Part shown: positions 29,389 to 39,743 of the stretch, piece by piece
How the letters are laid out: the number at the start of each line of letters is the position of its first letter
Position numbering within the stretch: position 1 is the first letter of the stretch
DNA from: an uncultured bacterium
GTDB taxonomy: Bacteria > CAYUVA01
DNA: 43,869 nt
NCBI GenBank assembly: GCA_964448115.1
Contig: CAYUVA010000039.1
Location: 1 to 43,869 of the forward strand
Direction: 5' to 3'
Translations under genes and position numbers: made by a program
The notes under the pieces: generated by a model
Told to the model about the DNA's origin: nothing
What the model saw: only the letters and a program-made list of their open reading frames with translations
Databases searched by the model: none

Positions 29389-31002
29389 TTACTTACCTAC
29401 CGGCAGGTATGGCCATAGGTCGCCTTCGCAGCCGCTGCCGCGGGGCATTATCTCGATAAGGATATACCCTTGCGGGATACCCGATGGGAACTTGTCTATA
29501 TCAAGCCGATAAAAGTAATTAACCGGATCTATCATCGGCATGGTCAGCCCGGTTGGCTCTCCCTCGAAGTAAATCTCCAGCAGCAAAGCCTGCCATTGCT
29601 GTGGATCGTAAGCAGCAGCGAACAGGCTCATATACCCTCCTGTGCTGCTGGTTATATGTGTATTAAGATAGCCGGCAATAATAACCCTCGGTGGTTGGCA
29701 TCCCGGAGCTGTTGCGGTTGCCGTGGGAGTAGTTGTCGGTGTTACTGTCGGCGAGGTGGCAGGGACCGTCGGCGTCGGCGTGGGGGTGCTATACAGCGAT
29801 CTAGTAAAGTAACATCTCGCAACGCCATCTTGATTATCCCGATAAACCAGGCAGGGATTCCAACCATCCTGCACCAGGACTAGCGCATCCTTGAAGCTGG
29901 CTGCATAGACAATCCACCTATTAGGCGACCATTGTTCGCTTTGGGCGAGCAGCTCGGTCAGGTAGATATTGCTCTGCTTGTGCGGCAGCCCCCTTGAGTC
30001 ATGCCAGGCGATAAAGACGCCAACCGGACTTGAGGTTATCCCCGGCATCACCGGCTGGTAGCGTATATCAGCATACTGATCGCTCATATTGGCCGGTGCA
30101 GACCAGCTCAAGCCCTGGTTTTCGGATTCGACCATGCATATTTTCGCCTCGCCTGCCGGATAATCGGCATAGACGATGCGCACCACGCTTCCGTCATCGC
30201 TGATGGCAGCCTTCTCCACGAACGATGGTTGGTACACCTTATTCAGCTCCACGGCAAGTATGGGCTGGGACCAGTGGTCTGCGTAGTCGGTGCTGCGCCG
30301 CAAATACAGCTTGTAGTTATCGTGTGCGCCGCTGGTGTCGTAATAGACGCCGTAAACCCGGTTATCGCGGGAATAGAGCGTGGGCAGACCGCTGAAATCT
30401 CCATCGTCGAGACTGAACATCCATGGCTGGGAGAACCTGTTCGTTTGGTCAGCGATCTTGATGCAATATGTCTCCCAGGTGCCGTTTTGATCACCCATAT
30501 AGAGTACCATTGCTCTATGGTCGATAATTGCCAGGTCAGGATGCTGAACATTCATTCCTTCCGGGGAGATGATCGCTGGCTCAATCCAAGTAGTTCCACC
30601 ATGGTCGTTCTTAGTGAAATAAAGCCTGCTGTCGCTGGAGCTTCCCTGCACATAAGCGAGGTACAGCCCTTCATCGCTCCCTGCCAGTGTATGATGCTTG
30701 ATCCTGATACCGCTGCTCAAAATGGTTGATGGCTCGCTCCAGGAGACGCCGCCGTCGCTGCTTCGTATATGCCTCAGGTTCCAGTAGTAGTCGGCTCTAT
30801 CCATGTAGATGATATCGATATCACTGCCAGAGGCATATATATCAACCGCCTCGGTCTCAATGGCTGGAGGTGAGATGGGGATAGGCTCTCTCCATTGGGA
30901 TTGTTCCCCCCTTTTGTCCCCCCGTGAAGGGTGGGAGGCGGTCAGTTGATACGATAGCGTAATCAGTATAAGCGCTACGAATATTCTGGGAGCTGCTCTC
31001 AT
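29389..31002 (-). CDS. Secreted BNR/Asp-box (sialidase-like propeller) protein with Thr/Pro linker and conserved C-terminal domain
   Basis: Signal peptide; Asp-boxes SSDGGVSW, NDHGGTTW, STDYADHW, SENQGLSW; linker TPTPTPTVPATSPTVTPTTTPTATAT; C-terminal domain shared with 41831-43438. Confidence 0.8.
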   Translation of the reverse strand: MRAAPRIFVALILITLSYQLTASHPSRGDKRGEQSQWREPIPISPPAIETEAVDIYASGSDIDIIYMDRADYYWNLRHIRSSDGGVSWSEPSTILSSGIRIKHHTLAGSDEGLYLAYVQGSSSDSRLYFTKNDHGGTTWIEPAIISPEGMNVQHPDLAIIDHRAMVLYMGDQNGTWETYCIKIADQTNRFSQPWMFSLDDGDFSGLPTLYSRDNRVYGVYYDTSGAHDNYKLYLRRSTDYADHWSQPILAVELNKVYQPSFVEKAAISDDGSVVRIVYADYPAGEAKICMVESENQGLSWSAPANMSDQYADIRYQPVMPGITSSPVGVFIAWHDSRGLPHKQSNIYLTELLAQSEQWSPNRWIVYAASFKDALVLVQDGWNPCLVYRDNQDGVARCYFTRSLYSTPTPTPTVPATSPTVTPTTTPTATATAPGCQPPRVIIAGYLNTHITSSTGGYMSLFAAAYDPQQWQALLLEIYFEGEPTGLTMPMIDPVNYFYRLDIDKFPSGIPQGYILIEIMPRGSGCEGDLWPYLPVGK

Positions 31003-31062
31003 TGCTCAATTACCTTGTATATACGCAATGGAGCGATTGAAGTCAATCGGTTGATCGATAAA

Positions 31063-32367
31063 CTATCGGAACTTGTAGCTAACCGATATGGCTGCGATAT
31101 CGAAGTTGATCCTGAACTTGCCCAGCAACGGCGGTCTCTGTGTGGAATAATCGATATTGCGCTCCTTGATGTGGTAGTATGCATAAGACAGGTCCAGGGT
31201 GAGCTTTTCGGTGGCGCGCCAGCCTAATCCAAGGCTATAGCCCTGCTTGGAGCAATCGGGCACATCGAGCCAGAATGACTCATCAGGTATGGGGGATGGA
31301 TCGTTAAGGAAACCTGCTCTCAGGGCAAACCTCTTGGTGGCTTGATACTGCACGCCCAATCGAACCTCGATGCGATCCTTCCAATTCTTGGGCAGATAGA
31401 CCTTCTCGAAATTCAGCGGATTCTCTCCGAGCAAGATCTCGTATCGCTGCATGGCTTTTGACCAGTCCATCCAGACCCCCTCGCCGCTGAGCAGCCACCT
31501 ATGGCCAAGCCTATAGCTCAATCCCAACTGACAGTATTGCGGAGTATCTATCGGCACCTCGGAGTATATCTGTATCGATTCGCCAAAGACTGGCTGCATT
31601 GGTGGAGGTATCTGTGTGGTGATATCTCCCTTGAATCTCAGTTGAATCGCCGGCACATAGTGAATCCCCAAGGTCAGCCGGTCGGTAATATCATAAAGCA
31701 ACCCGACATCAGCGGTGAAACTTCTAGCCCCGGTGCGTAATTGTGATCGTATGCGTGTATTGGGGTCTTCCATGAGTACATCGGTCAGCCCCGGGGTGTA
31801 TAGTGCATCCTGGAAGATATCGACCGAGTAATATGCGATCACTGCGTCTATATTTGCTCCTAATGCGAGTCTATCAGTAGCCTGCCAGCCGATGACCAGT
31901 CCGCTTTTTACGATATATAAACGCTCATATCGCATCATATACTTTTGCGTTCCCCAGTCTGGCCAGTCGAAGACAGCTCCATAGGGAGCAAATCCTGCAA
32001 GCCCTATGGTCCAGTTTTCCGTGCCTAGGTCATCGGTTATGGCAGCCATAGGACCGATTACTAGATGATTCTCCAGTTCTGATACCGGATAGGAGTCAGC
32101 GAGATGATCGGCAGCTCGATAGAACTCGCCGTTGTAGAGGATAGCATTACTCAGATTGAACAAGGCATTGCATCCTTTTAACTTGGCTACGCCAGCCGGA
32201 TTATAGAATACACTGGAGAGATCTTGGGCAACCGCTGTGAAGGCGCCTCCCATGCCAACCGCCCAACCGCCTTGTTCGCTGACAAAATAACCGCCAGCTA
32301 TCGCCATGGCTGGACAAACCAGTAGTACGAAGAAAAAGGGGATGGTGTCTCCTTGAAACCTAGACAT
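31063..32367 (-). CDS. OmpP1/FadL/TodX-family outer-membrane transporter
   Basis: Signal peptide, 'GMGGAFTAVAQDLSSVFYNPAG', 'APYG', 'WKD....RLG', alternating beta strands, C-terminal 'SVSYKFR'. Confidence 0.9.
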   Translation of the reverse strand: MSRFQGDTIPFFFVLLVCPAMAIAGGYFVSEQGGWAVGMGGAFTAVAQDLSSVFYNPAGVAKLKGCNALFNLSNAILYNGEFYRAADHLADSYPVSELENHLVIGPMAAITDDLGTENWTIGLAGFAPYGAVFDWPDWGTQKYMMRYERLYIVKSGLVIGWQATDRLALGANIDAVIAYYSVDIFQDALYTPGLTDVLMEDPNTRIRSQLRTGARSFTADVGLLYDITDRLTLGIHYVPAIQLRFKGDITTQIPPPMQPVFGESIQIYSEVPIDTPQYCQLGLSYRLGHRWLLSGEGVWMDWSKAMQRYEILLGENPLNFEKVYLPKNWKDRIEVRLGVQYQATKRFALRAGFLNDPSPIPDESFWLDVPDCSKQGYSLGLGWRATEKLTLDLSYAYYHIKERNIDYSTQRPPLLGKFRINFDIAAISVSYKFR

Positions 32368-32555
32368 AATGCAAGCTCCCTTTTATCTAATGTCTCAAAA
32401 CTCCCAATTCTGTTTGTCATCGTTTCTTTTCCCCTCACTTATGTCACCAAGCAGGAGAATTAGCGATCAGGAGCTATCCTATTAGCCAATGGAATATAAA
32501 CACACTGGTCTTAGCTAGTCAAATAACCGTCCATCGATGATCGATTGTCCGGGAT

Positions 32556-34253
32556 TCACTGCTTTTGAAGATCTATTATCACCTGCTCATCGGTAGAAAT
32601 GTTCAGGAACGCACGGACCTCCTCGAAGGTTGCCCCGCAATCGATGAAGCGCCAGAGTTGCTTGCACTTAAGATCCGGGAAGTGATCATCGCAAAAGCAA
32701 ATATCCTCATAGGGGCGAAAGATCCCAGCCATGATATCATCCTCGAAAAGGTACGAGGCGAAGCCATCGCCGGTGCGATAAATGAGAATATATGGCTTAC
32801 TGGAAAGTAGCCTGGGGAAAGCCCGCGAGATATCATAGCTTAAATCCACAATGTAATCTGGTTCACCGGCAATCCTTCTGAATACCTTTGCATCATAGAT
32901 ATTAGGGCTTATCAGGAACTTGTGCTCCCTGGCGATATTGGCGATCAGCTCACCTGGTTCGACAAAGAACATAAGCAACTTGTCCCAAACTAGTTGACGC
33001 ATAGTTAGATGGCCGGTCAGAGGGATGAAGTTATGCTCATACTGGTATAAAAAAAGCATGTTCCAAACAACGAGAAATAATAGCACAGCGATGAATGCGC
33101 GTTGTAGGGAAGCCTTTTTCATCGTGCTTAGCAGCTCCGCAATGCCTAAAGCGAATATGGTTGTGCAATTGGCGAACTGCCGCAAGCCGAAGTGAATGCC
33201 GGTGCCGTAGTAGATCACGCTACTGTTGAGATGAAGTTGAAGCAAAAATGCCATAAAAAGCAGGATATGTACCGATTTTTTCTTGAACCCGGCTAACAGT
33301 CCGATCAGGGCGATCCCCACCATTGGCGTCCAGGTTATCAATCCGTGATTGGTAGAAAAAAGAATTGGTCTCCAGTCAGGTAATTTGATGCTTAGAAAGT
33401 TGCTGTGAGCGTAATAGTAAACAAAGTACTTGTCATGGATCGTCTTCCAGTAAATATTTTGCGGGGAAAAGCCGATCAAGACCGCGGGCAGAAAAAGCCC
33501 ATGTTTCAAGGTCGCAGCAGAGAAATCCTTGAGATCAAGCTTCCTGGCAGCCCTGAGCTGATCCCTCAATGCGTCGAAAAAGGGTAAAACCATGAATAGA
33601 GCATTCTGCCAGCGCACCATGCACATCAAGCCACCAGCGAAACCGAGAATGATCAAGCTCTTGCAGGTGGGTTTATCCCTCTGTTGAAGCCAATAATACA
33701 CAAAAATGGTTACTATAAAATAAGAGGGTGCATGATTCATGGTGGTCTGCCAGATAGTTGTATTTAGCACCGATGTTCCGCCTATCACTGCCAGGCTGCT
33801 CATGATCGATACCCGCCGACTATAAAAAAGGCACAATGTTTTGTAGGTCAATAATATAGCCAGGAAGCTATAAACCAGGTTGGCAAAATAGGCGCTAGCC
33901 TGGTGAAAGGTCGAATATACGCTGGTGGAGATCGGCAAGCCGAGCTTGTTAAAGAAAATTGCACAAATGTGAAACAATCCAAAAAATGGCGCCCATAAGA
34001 TGGCAGTCCCCACCGGCACTGAGTGATAGAAATGTGGCTGGGGATTGAAGTACTGGATACGATCCATCCAGAAAAAATCGTGATCGATCACAAAGGAGAC
34101 CACCTGTGCATAGTATCCGAAGGCGTCTCCCTCGAGGATTATCTCGCGCCCCTTGAACTTGAAGATGATCAGAAATAAAAGACAACCTATAAATAAGACA
34201 AACAGCAGTCGATAAACATTCCTGTCCGAGCACATGTCCTGGCGATTGCACAT
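32556..34253 (-). CDS. GT-C fold membrane glycosyltransferase
   Basis: 'EGDAFGYYAQVVSFVIDHD', 'PVGTAILWAPFF', 'MNHAPS', 'VRWQN', 'LFSTNHGLITWTP', 'FGLRQF'. Start at ATG 34253 or 34235 rather than 34325, which overlaps the upstream gene. Confidence 0.72.
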   Translation of the reverse strand: MCNRQDMCSDRNVYRLLFVLFIGCLLFLIIFKFKGREIILEGDAFGYYAQVVSFVIDHDFFWMDRIQYFNPQPHFYHSVPVGTAILWAPFFGLFHICAIFFNKLGLPISTSVYSTFHQASAYFANLVYSFLAILLTYKTLCLFYSRRVSIMSSLAVIGGTSVLNTTIWQTTMNHAPSYFIVTIFVYYWLQQRDKPTCKSLIILGFAGGLMCMVRWQNALFMVLPFFDALRDQLRAARKLDLKDFSAATLKHGLFLPAVLIGFSPQNIYWKTIHDKYFVYYYAHSNFLSIKLPDWRPILFSTNHGLITWTPMVGIALIGLLAGFKKKSVHILLFMAFLLQLHLNSSVIYYGTGIHFGLRQFANCTTIFALGIAELLSTMKKASLQRAFIAVLLFLVVWNMLFLYQYEHNFIPLTGHLTMRQLVWDKLLMFFVEPGELIANIAREHKFLISPNIYDAKVFRRIAGEPDYIVDLSYDISRAFPRLLSSKPYILIYRTGDGFASYLFEDDIMAGIFRPYEDICFCDDHFPDLKCKQLWRFIDCGATFEEVRAFLNISTDEQVIIDLQKQ

Positions 34254-34269
34254 ATTTAATCTTGTACTT

Positions 34270-35088
34270 CTATGAGAGCAAGTCTTTAGCGCCCTGGATA
34301 CACTGGCTGGCAAGCTCCAGTACATCTTGACCCCCAGTGGGGATGGGCAGCTTTATTGAGAAGGGCTTGGTATATCCGATGCGCAGAAGTTCGCTCAGGA
34401 TCTGCCGGTTGGGGATCACTCCCGGTCCCGGAATTATGCGATCTTGCTCGGTCATCTCTGGTCGTGGTTTTTCATTCGCATCGCCTATATAGACCGCGTA
34501 CAATCGCCTTTGGTCGATGCCCTCGATGACCTCCAACCTCGATTCACCGATATAGAAATGAAATGTATCAATTGCGATACCTACATTATTCCTATCTGTC
34601 TTGTAGATGATATCGAGTGCCTGGGAGAGTCTGCTGATCGAGCTATCTTCAAAGCCAGGGAACTCTAGCGCCAGGCCGATATCATATCGAAGTGCGATAT
34701 GAGCCATCTCCCTTAGAATATTGACCGTCTCGGCTTTTACCTCGCGATGGGTTATCTCCTTGTCCGGCAACAAGCCAGGGGTAAGGATGATGTAATTACA
34801 TCCGATCTCTGAGGCAACCTCGCTGAGGAATCGACAGTCATCCATGACCCTTTGTTGCTGCTCGCTGTGGCCGAAGTTTATGCCAGCAATGTTATAGATG
34901 CTATAAGGAGCCAACTCTGGAAAGCCTGACACCAAGGACTTTAGCTGCTGAAGGTCTTGGTCTGTGATATATTGCCTTAGCTTATTTGACACCAGGTCTA
35001 TGCAGTTGCATCCCGCTCGATGTGCAAGGGTTAGCTGGTCCTCCAGCGAAAGCTCGGACAACAAACACGCATTGAGACAAAGCTTCAT
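34270..35088 (-). CDS. Sugar phosphate isomerase/epimerase (xylose-isomerase-like TIM barrel, IolI-like)
   Basis: 'LALEFPGF', 'NVGIAIDTFHFY', 'DRIIPGPG', 'IGY..PFS'; GGAGG RBS. Confidence 0.82.
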   Translation of the reverse strand: MKLCLNACLLSELSLEDQLTLAHRAGCNCIDLVSNKLRQYITDQDLQQLKSLVSGFPELAPYSIYNIAGINFGHSEQQQRVMDDCRFLSEVASEIGCNYIILTPGLLPDKEITHREVKAETVNILREMAHIALRYDIGLALEFPGFEDSSISRLSQALDIIYKTDRNNVGIAIDTFHFYIGESRLEVIEGIDQRRLYAVYIGDANEKPRPEMTEQDRIIPGPGVIPNRQILSELLRIGYTKPFSIKLPIPTGGQDVLELASQCIQGAKDLLS

Positions 35089-35273
35089 TTTCGTTTATCC
35101 TCCAGGAAATGATAGGGAGGTTGGGCTTCTCTCCATTTCGAGATTTGCTCGTAGCTTGATCATCGATTTCCAACAGTTCGATATTATATCATTACAGTAA
35201 GGTTTTCCAACCGCCTTTAAAAGCATCTATTCGACAACTAATCCTATTCGACATGGTGAATATGACCATTTTC

Positions 35274-37682
35274 TCAAGGCTCACATTCCATCTGCTTGTA
35301 TATCCTGTGGTACCTGAGCACCTTTTTCACATAGCCGCGGGTCTCATCGAAGGTGATATATGGGATGAACAGCTCGTCGGGCACATCATCATGATACATA
35401 TCAAGCCATGAGCGGACTGCTAAATCACCCGCGTTGTAGGCAGCTATTGCCAGAATAGGCTGCCCCTTGAACCTCTTGAGCAGGTCGTTGAAGTGATGGA
35501 TTCCCAGGCGAATGCTCACCTTGGGATCGAAGAGCATATCAGTATTGAAGCTATCTATTCCAAGCTTTTTGGCAACTGCCCTGGCGGTAGTGGGCATGAA
35601 CTGCATAAGCCCCTTTGCAGAGGTTGGAGAGATCGCTTTGGTGTCGAATTTGCTCTCTGCATAGATGATGCCATAGATGACATAGGGGTCTATATCATAG
35701 CTACTCGCCAGCTCTTTGACCTGATCCTCGTATTTAAGTGGATATAGCAGCCTGAGCAAGCCATAAGGTAAGAACCTGAGGTCTATCTGCGAGGGGATAA
35801 ATTCGAGCAGCTTGTGGATATACTTTATTGTCTGGTAGGGCATGTCAAGCTCGTGGTACATGGCGATCAATGAGAGGATGCTCTCCATATCGTTGTAATG
35901 CACTCTTTGATAGCCTCGGTAAATAAGTGCAGCCTCGCTAAGCTCGCCCATGAGCCATAGTTTCTTTGCATCCTTGAGATCCTCGTTGCCGCAAAAGTCC
36001 CCGTATAGCATATAGTCATTTATCGCTTGCCTCGCAAGATCGAATCCGAGAACCGAGATTTGACTCCAGGCTCTATTTTGCATCAAAGCCCGATGGTATA
36101 ATAGTTCCACTGTCTGTGGCGCCATCGATTCAGGGTAAATACTAAATATTATGTTCAGGATCTCTATCGCATCGATATATTCCCCATTTTCCAGGTTTTC
36201 TTGTGCCTCCGCAAGTAGTATGGCAGCAGTTATGACGCTCGTTTCCTGGAGGTCTTCTTGGTGAATTTTTTCAATCTCATGTTTTATCCTTTCCAGGTAA
36301 AAGGTAGATGGATAAAAGCGGATCAAATCATGGAATGCTTCGATGGCTAGTTTTGGCTTCCCAGCCCTGAGTAAGGACATTCCCTTCATGAATTGCGCGT
36401 CCTCCATGAATCTGCTCTCTGCCCTTTTTTGAATGATAAGGTCGAATTGAGATGCAGCCTCGTCGAATCGTCCAATGTCGAACAGGGTGCGTCCCAGGGC
36501 GAAGATGGAATCATCCCAGTATGCACTGCGAGATGGTTTCTCGCAAAGAACCTTGAGCACATCGATGGCTGCCTTTTTGTTACCGGTTCTAAGATAGTAG
36601 TAAGCAAGACCGTAGCGGGCGCGGTCTTCGCTTATTGAGCCATCGAGGTTTTCGAGCAGTTTACGATAGTGATAGGCAGCATAGTTGTAGCGATCGGTCT
36701 TATTGTAGATCCGCACCAATCCGAGACGAGCTTTTTCTTCCCAGCGAGACTTGGGGTATCGGCGGATGATATCCTTGAATCTGCTCCGCGCATCCTCGAA
36801 CCTCTCCTGTCGATAGTAACACATTGCAAGCTGGAACCTTGATCGAATAGCTATATGGCTATTGGGATTTTTCGCTATCGCTTCATTGAAGATCTTTATC
36901 GCTCGCTGGTAGTTTCCGTGGTAGTAATATGCCAGTCCCCGCCTGTAGATCTGCCTCTGGCTCAGTTTTATCCACTTGCTGGGGTGTTTTCTTCTCAGCC
37001 GATCGACCTGATCGCAAGCTTTGAATGCTGCCACGCTCCTCTGGTTGGAGTCGAAGATAACCTGGTACCAGTAGAGCGCTTGAAATATCTCGCCTTTCAG
37101 CTCATAAAATCGTGCTATGCGTAGCGCCATTTCACCGGTAATCTCCGAGCTTCGATATCTCTTTCTCTCCGCCTTGAGAAACTCTATCCCCTTGCTGTAA
37201 TAATATACCTTCTCATAGGCATCTACCTTGGAGTAGATCGCCTCGAGCCGAAAATGTCCTCTGGGGTACTCAACAAGGTAGCGATCCAAGATGCTGATCC
37301 CTCGCAGATAGTCCCCCTGTTCAATTGCAGCCAGCGCACAATTGTATAATCCAAGCTCGGAAAAGGCTGATTTATCATCAAGCATCCCCTGGAAAAGGGG
37401 TATAGCCAGCTCTATGCGTCCCAGCCCCTGATAGGTCTTGGCTTTGAGGTAATCGATATGAAGATCCCAGTACCAATGGCATCTCTCCATGCCGCTTATC
37501 TCGATGAGATCGATGATCCCCAAATAATCTCCCTTGAGTCTCAACTCATGGAGCATGGAGAGCAGAAGCTCCATGTCTTTGAGGTCGCAATCCGATGACT
37601 CAAGCGGTGAACATGGGTAAAATAATAGGGTAATTATCAACCACGTTGCTTCTATTGGCTTGAAGAGGTTTCTATAAATCAT
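35274..37682 (-). CDS. TPR-repeat lytic transglycosylase (Slt70-like)
   Basis: Many TPR motifs, then an SLT domain: AESKF, AKGLMQFMPTTA, AAYNAG, ETRGYVKKV. Confidence 0.9.
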   Translation of the reverse strand: MIYRNLFKPIEATWLIITLLFYPCSPLESSDCDLKDMELLLSMLHELRLKGDYLGIIDLIEISGMERCHWYWDLHIDYLKAKTYQGLGRIELAIPLFQGMLDDKSAFSELGLYNCALAAIEQGDYLRGISILDRYLVEYPRGHFRLEAIYSKVDAYEKVYYYSKGIEFLKAERKRYRSSEITGEMALRIARFYELKGEIFQALYWYQVIFDSNQRSVAAFKACDQVDRLRRKHPSKWIKLSQRQIYRRGLAYYYHGNYQRAIKIFNEAIAKNPNSHIAIRSRFQLAMCYYRQERFEDARSRFKDIIRRYPKSRWEEKARLGLVRIYNKTDRYNYAAYHYRKLLENLDGSISEDRARYGLAYYYLRTGNKKAAIDVLKVLCEKPSRSAYWDDSIFALGRTLFDIGRFDEAASQFDLIIQKRAESRFMEDAQFMKGMSLLRAGKPKLAIEAFHDLIRFYPSTFYLERIKHEIEKIHQEDLQETSVITAAILLAEAQENLENGEYIDAIEILNIIFSIYPESMAPQTVELLYHRALMQNRAWSQISVLGFDLARQAINDYMLYGDFCGNEDLKDAKKLWLMGELSEAALIYRGYQRVHYNDMESILSLIAMYHELDMPYQTIKYIHKLLEFIPSQIDLRFLPYGLLRLLYPLKYEDQVKELASSYDIDPYVIYGIIYAESKFDTKAISPTSAKGLMQFMPTTARAVAKKLGIDSFNTDMLFDPKVSIRLGIHHFNDLLKRFKGQPILAIAAYNAGDLAVRSWLDMYHDDVPDELFIPYITFDETRGYVKKVLRYHRIYKQMECEP

Positions 37683-37791
37683 CGGTTATGATCTCGATAC
37701 GGTGGGGTGTTCCCCAACCGAGCTATTGAATTACCTTATAACGATGCGAAAGGTAAACTTCAAGGATTTTGACAGGCAATCAAGAAGATGC

Positions 37792-39060
37792 CTAATTTAG
37801 CTTATAATCCCCGGTGGCAAGGAAATATGTGATGCTGCCAGCCTTTTGTTCCTCTCGGCGAGGATTAAGCTGGATAAGGCTGGCGTTACCACTCAGCACC
37901 ATTTTTCCTTCCTCGACCAGGTAATTTAGCTTATCACCCCTAAGTATTATCTTACCCTTATGAGTAACCTCGACAGCTTCCTGGGAGGTTATTGTCTTGC
38001 CATGCATGTTTACCTCCGCCTTGCCGGCGGTAATGACGATCTCATCCCTGTATATGCGCACATTCCCCTGATAAATAGCGATATTTTTTTCCTTGTCGTA
38101 GTTTATAGAATCCGCAGATATATTGAGCTTTGTCTGGGCTTTTTCTTTAAGTTGTTCCAGGAGGTTTATCGCATCCGGCGAGGGCGTGTTTTGCTTGATC
38201 TTTGCCTGTCCGAGCATCTTTTTAAATACCTCCAGGTTCTCTTGATGCTCAATAAATTTCTCCTTGCAGACCTGGGCGATCGGCTTGGAGATGACCGCAT
38301 AAAAGGTGTCGGGGTACTCCTTGATGATCTTATCAAAGTATTGCAGGGCATTATCCCATAGCCTAAGCTCACGATATGCGGAGCCGAGGGCAAAATAGAT
38401 CTTGGGTTCATCGCTCTTGCAGGTTTGCTCTTGCAGGAGCTGTTGATAGATCTCGATTGCCTGCGGGATGTTCCGCCTTGAGCTTTTCTCGTTCTGATAC
38501 ACCTGAGCCAGGTTATATTTGGCTTTGTGCAGCAGCCTGTTTTCGGTCGCTGTCTTGAGCACCTCCAGGAATGATGCCTCAGCTCCCTGCCAGTCGCCGA
38601 TCACAAACTGGCATTCACCCTTCATAACCAGGGCTTCAGGAAGTCGATCCCCCCGGTTATACTTGTCGATGATAAGATCGAGGTACTCCAGGGCTTGCGA
38701 GCAATCAGCCCTCGAGCCTTGGTTCAAGAGCTTCTCGCTCAGCAGGATCAAGGCATCATCAGCAAGTTCGCTTCCAGGGTAGCGATCCGTAAATTGGGAC
38801 AGGATGGTCTTGGCTTTCTCCCAATCATCGAGCAGGATATATGACCTTGCCATTAAGAAGTAGGCATCATCGGCATGGCTGATGCAACCAGGGTCATTAA
38901 GGCACTGATCATAATACTCTATTGCCTTTGAATATTCTTGGTGAACGAACTGGCGATTTGCCAGATCGAAATAGCTAACCTCTTTGGCTAGGCATAGAAG
39001 GTTTGCGTGTAAAGCTAATATCATAGCGACAATTAAATATGTAAAAGCTCTACAAGGCAT
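37792..39060 (-). CDS. Secreted TPR protein with C-terminal LptA/OstA-like beta-jellyroll
   Basis: Signal peptide, TPRs with 'YPGSELADDA' and 'YPDTFYA' caps, then 'ISADSINYD....AIYQGNVRI', 'LRGDKLNY......VLSGNA', 'AGSITY.L.TG'. ATG 39060 overlaps the anti-sigma TAA. Confidence 0.75.
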   Translation of the reverse strand: MPCRAFTYLIVAMILALHANLLCLAKEVSYFDLANRQFVHQEYSKAIEYYDQCLNDPGCISHADDAYFLMARSYILLDDWEKAKTILSQFTDRYPGSELADDALILLSEKLLNQGSRADCSQALEYLDLIIDKYNRGDRLPEALVMKGECQFVIGDWQGAEASFLEVLKTATENRLLHKAKYNLAQVYQNEKSSRRNIPQAIEIYQQLLQEQTCKSDEPKIYFALGSAYRELRLWDNALQYFDKIIKEYPDTFYAVISKPIAQVCKEKFIEHQENLEVFKKMLGQAKIKQNTPSPDAINLLEQLKEKAQTKLNISADSINYDKEKNIAIYQGNVRIYRDEIVITAGKAEVNMHGKTITSQEAVEVTHKGKIILRGDKLNYLVEEGKMVLSGNASLIQLNPRREEQKAGSITYFLATGDYKLN

Positions 39061-39743
39061 TACAGGGTTACCACGGTTTGGATACGGTTCGTTGTATCGC
39101 AGCCCTCGCCAAAGCATATCGATTGCACCAGCGGGGAGAATTCCTGTGCTCGGTTCGTGCCTTGGTGATCGGAGATGAAATTGATCGATTGAGCGATCAG
39201 CGGCACCTCGAAGCTACGCAACTCCCCTGATCTTCTCTGCTTCTCCAGTTTCTCGATTAGACGAGGGTCCAGATCTAACTCTGATACTGAAACCTGGTCG
39301 AACGAGGTTTCGGTTGCTGGAGTAATTGGTTCCCCTGGCAGATCGCTGTCGATCTCGTGCCTGGCTAGATAGCCAACATTGGGGCTGAAGTTTAGATATA
39401 TCCCGGAGGCGACCACGATTAAAAGAGCGCTGAGGATGGACGCGGTTGCGATCAGCTTGAATCGATGGGTTAAAAAGACGGTTGTTAAGGTGGTTTTAGA
39501 TTCCTTTGAGCCGCCGAGGTTATACTCCTCTATGATGCGATTCATGGTCTTGTTGATCAAGGCATCCTGAGGTTCGAGGGCTTTGTAATGTTCCAGGAAT
39601 GAGTTGGCCAGGTTCATCTCTTTGAGCATCCGGCTGCATTTTCCGCAACCCTGAAGGTGCTTTTTTATCTCGTTTGCCTTACTTTTCGGCAGTCGCTTGA
39701 GTGAAAAATCATCTAGTACCCTTTTTACATCCTTGCATCTCAT
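39060..39743 (-). CDS. Zinc-binding (zf-HC2/ZAS) transmembrane anti-sigma factor
   Basis: MRC...HLQGCGKC (HxxxCxxC), one TM helix, ATGA overlap with the sigma gene. Confidence 0.85.
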   Translation of the reverse strand: MRCKDVKRVLDDFSLKRLPKSKANEIKKHLQGCGKCSRMLKEMNLANSFLEHYKALEPQDALINKTMNRIIEEYNLGGSKESKTTLTTVFLTHRFKLIATASILSALLIVVASGIYLNFSPNVGYLARHEIDSDLPGEPITPATETSFDQVSVSELDLDPRLIEKLEKQRRSGELRSFEVPLIAQSINFISDHQGTNRAQEFSPLVQSICFGEGCDTTNRIQTVVTL

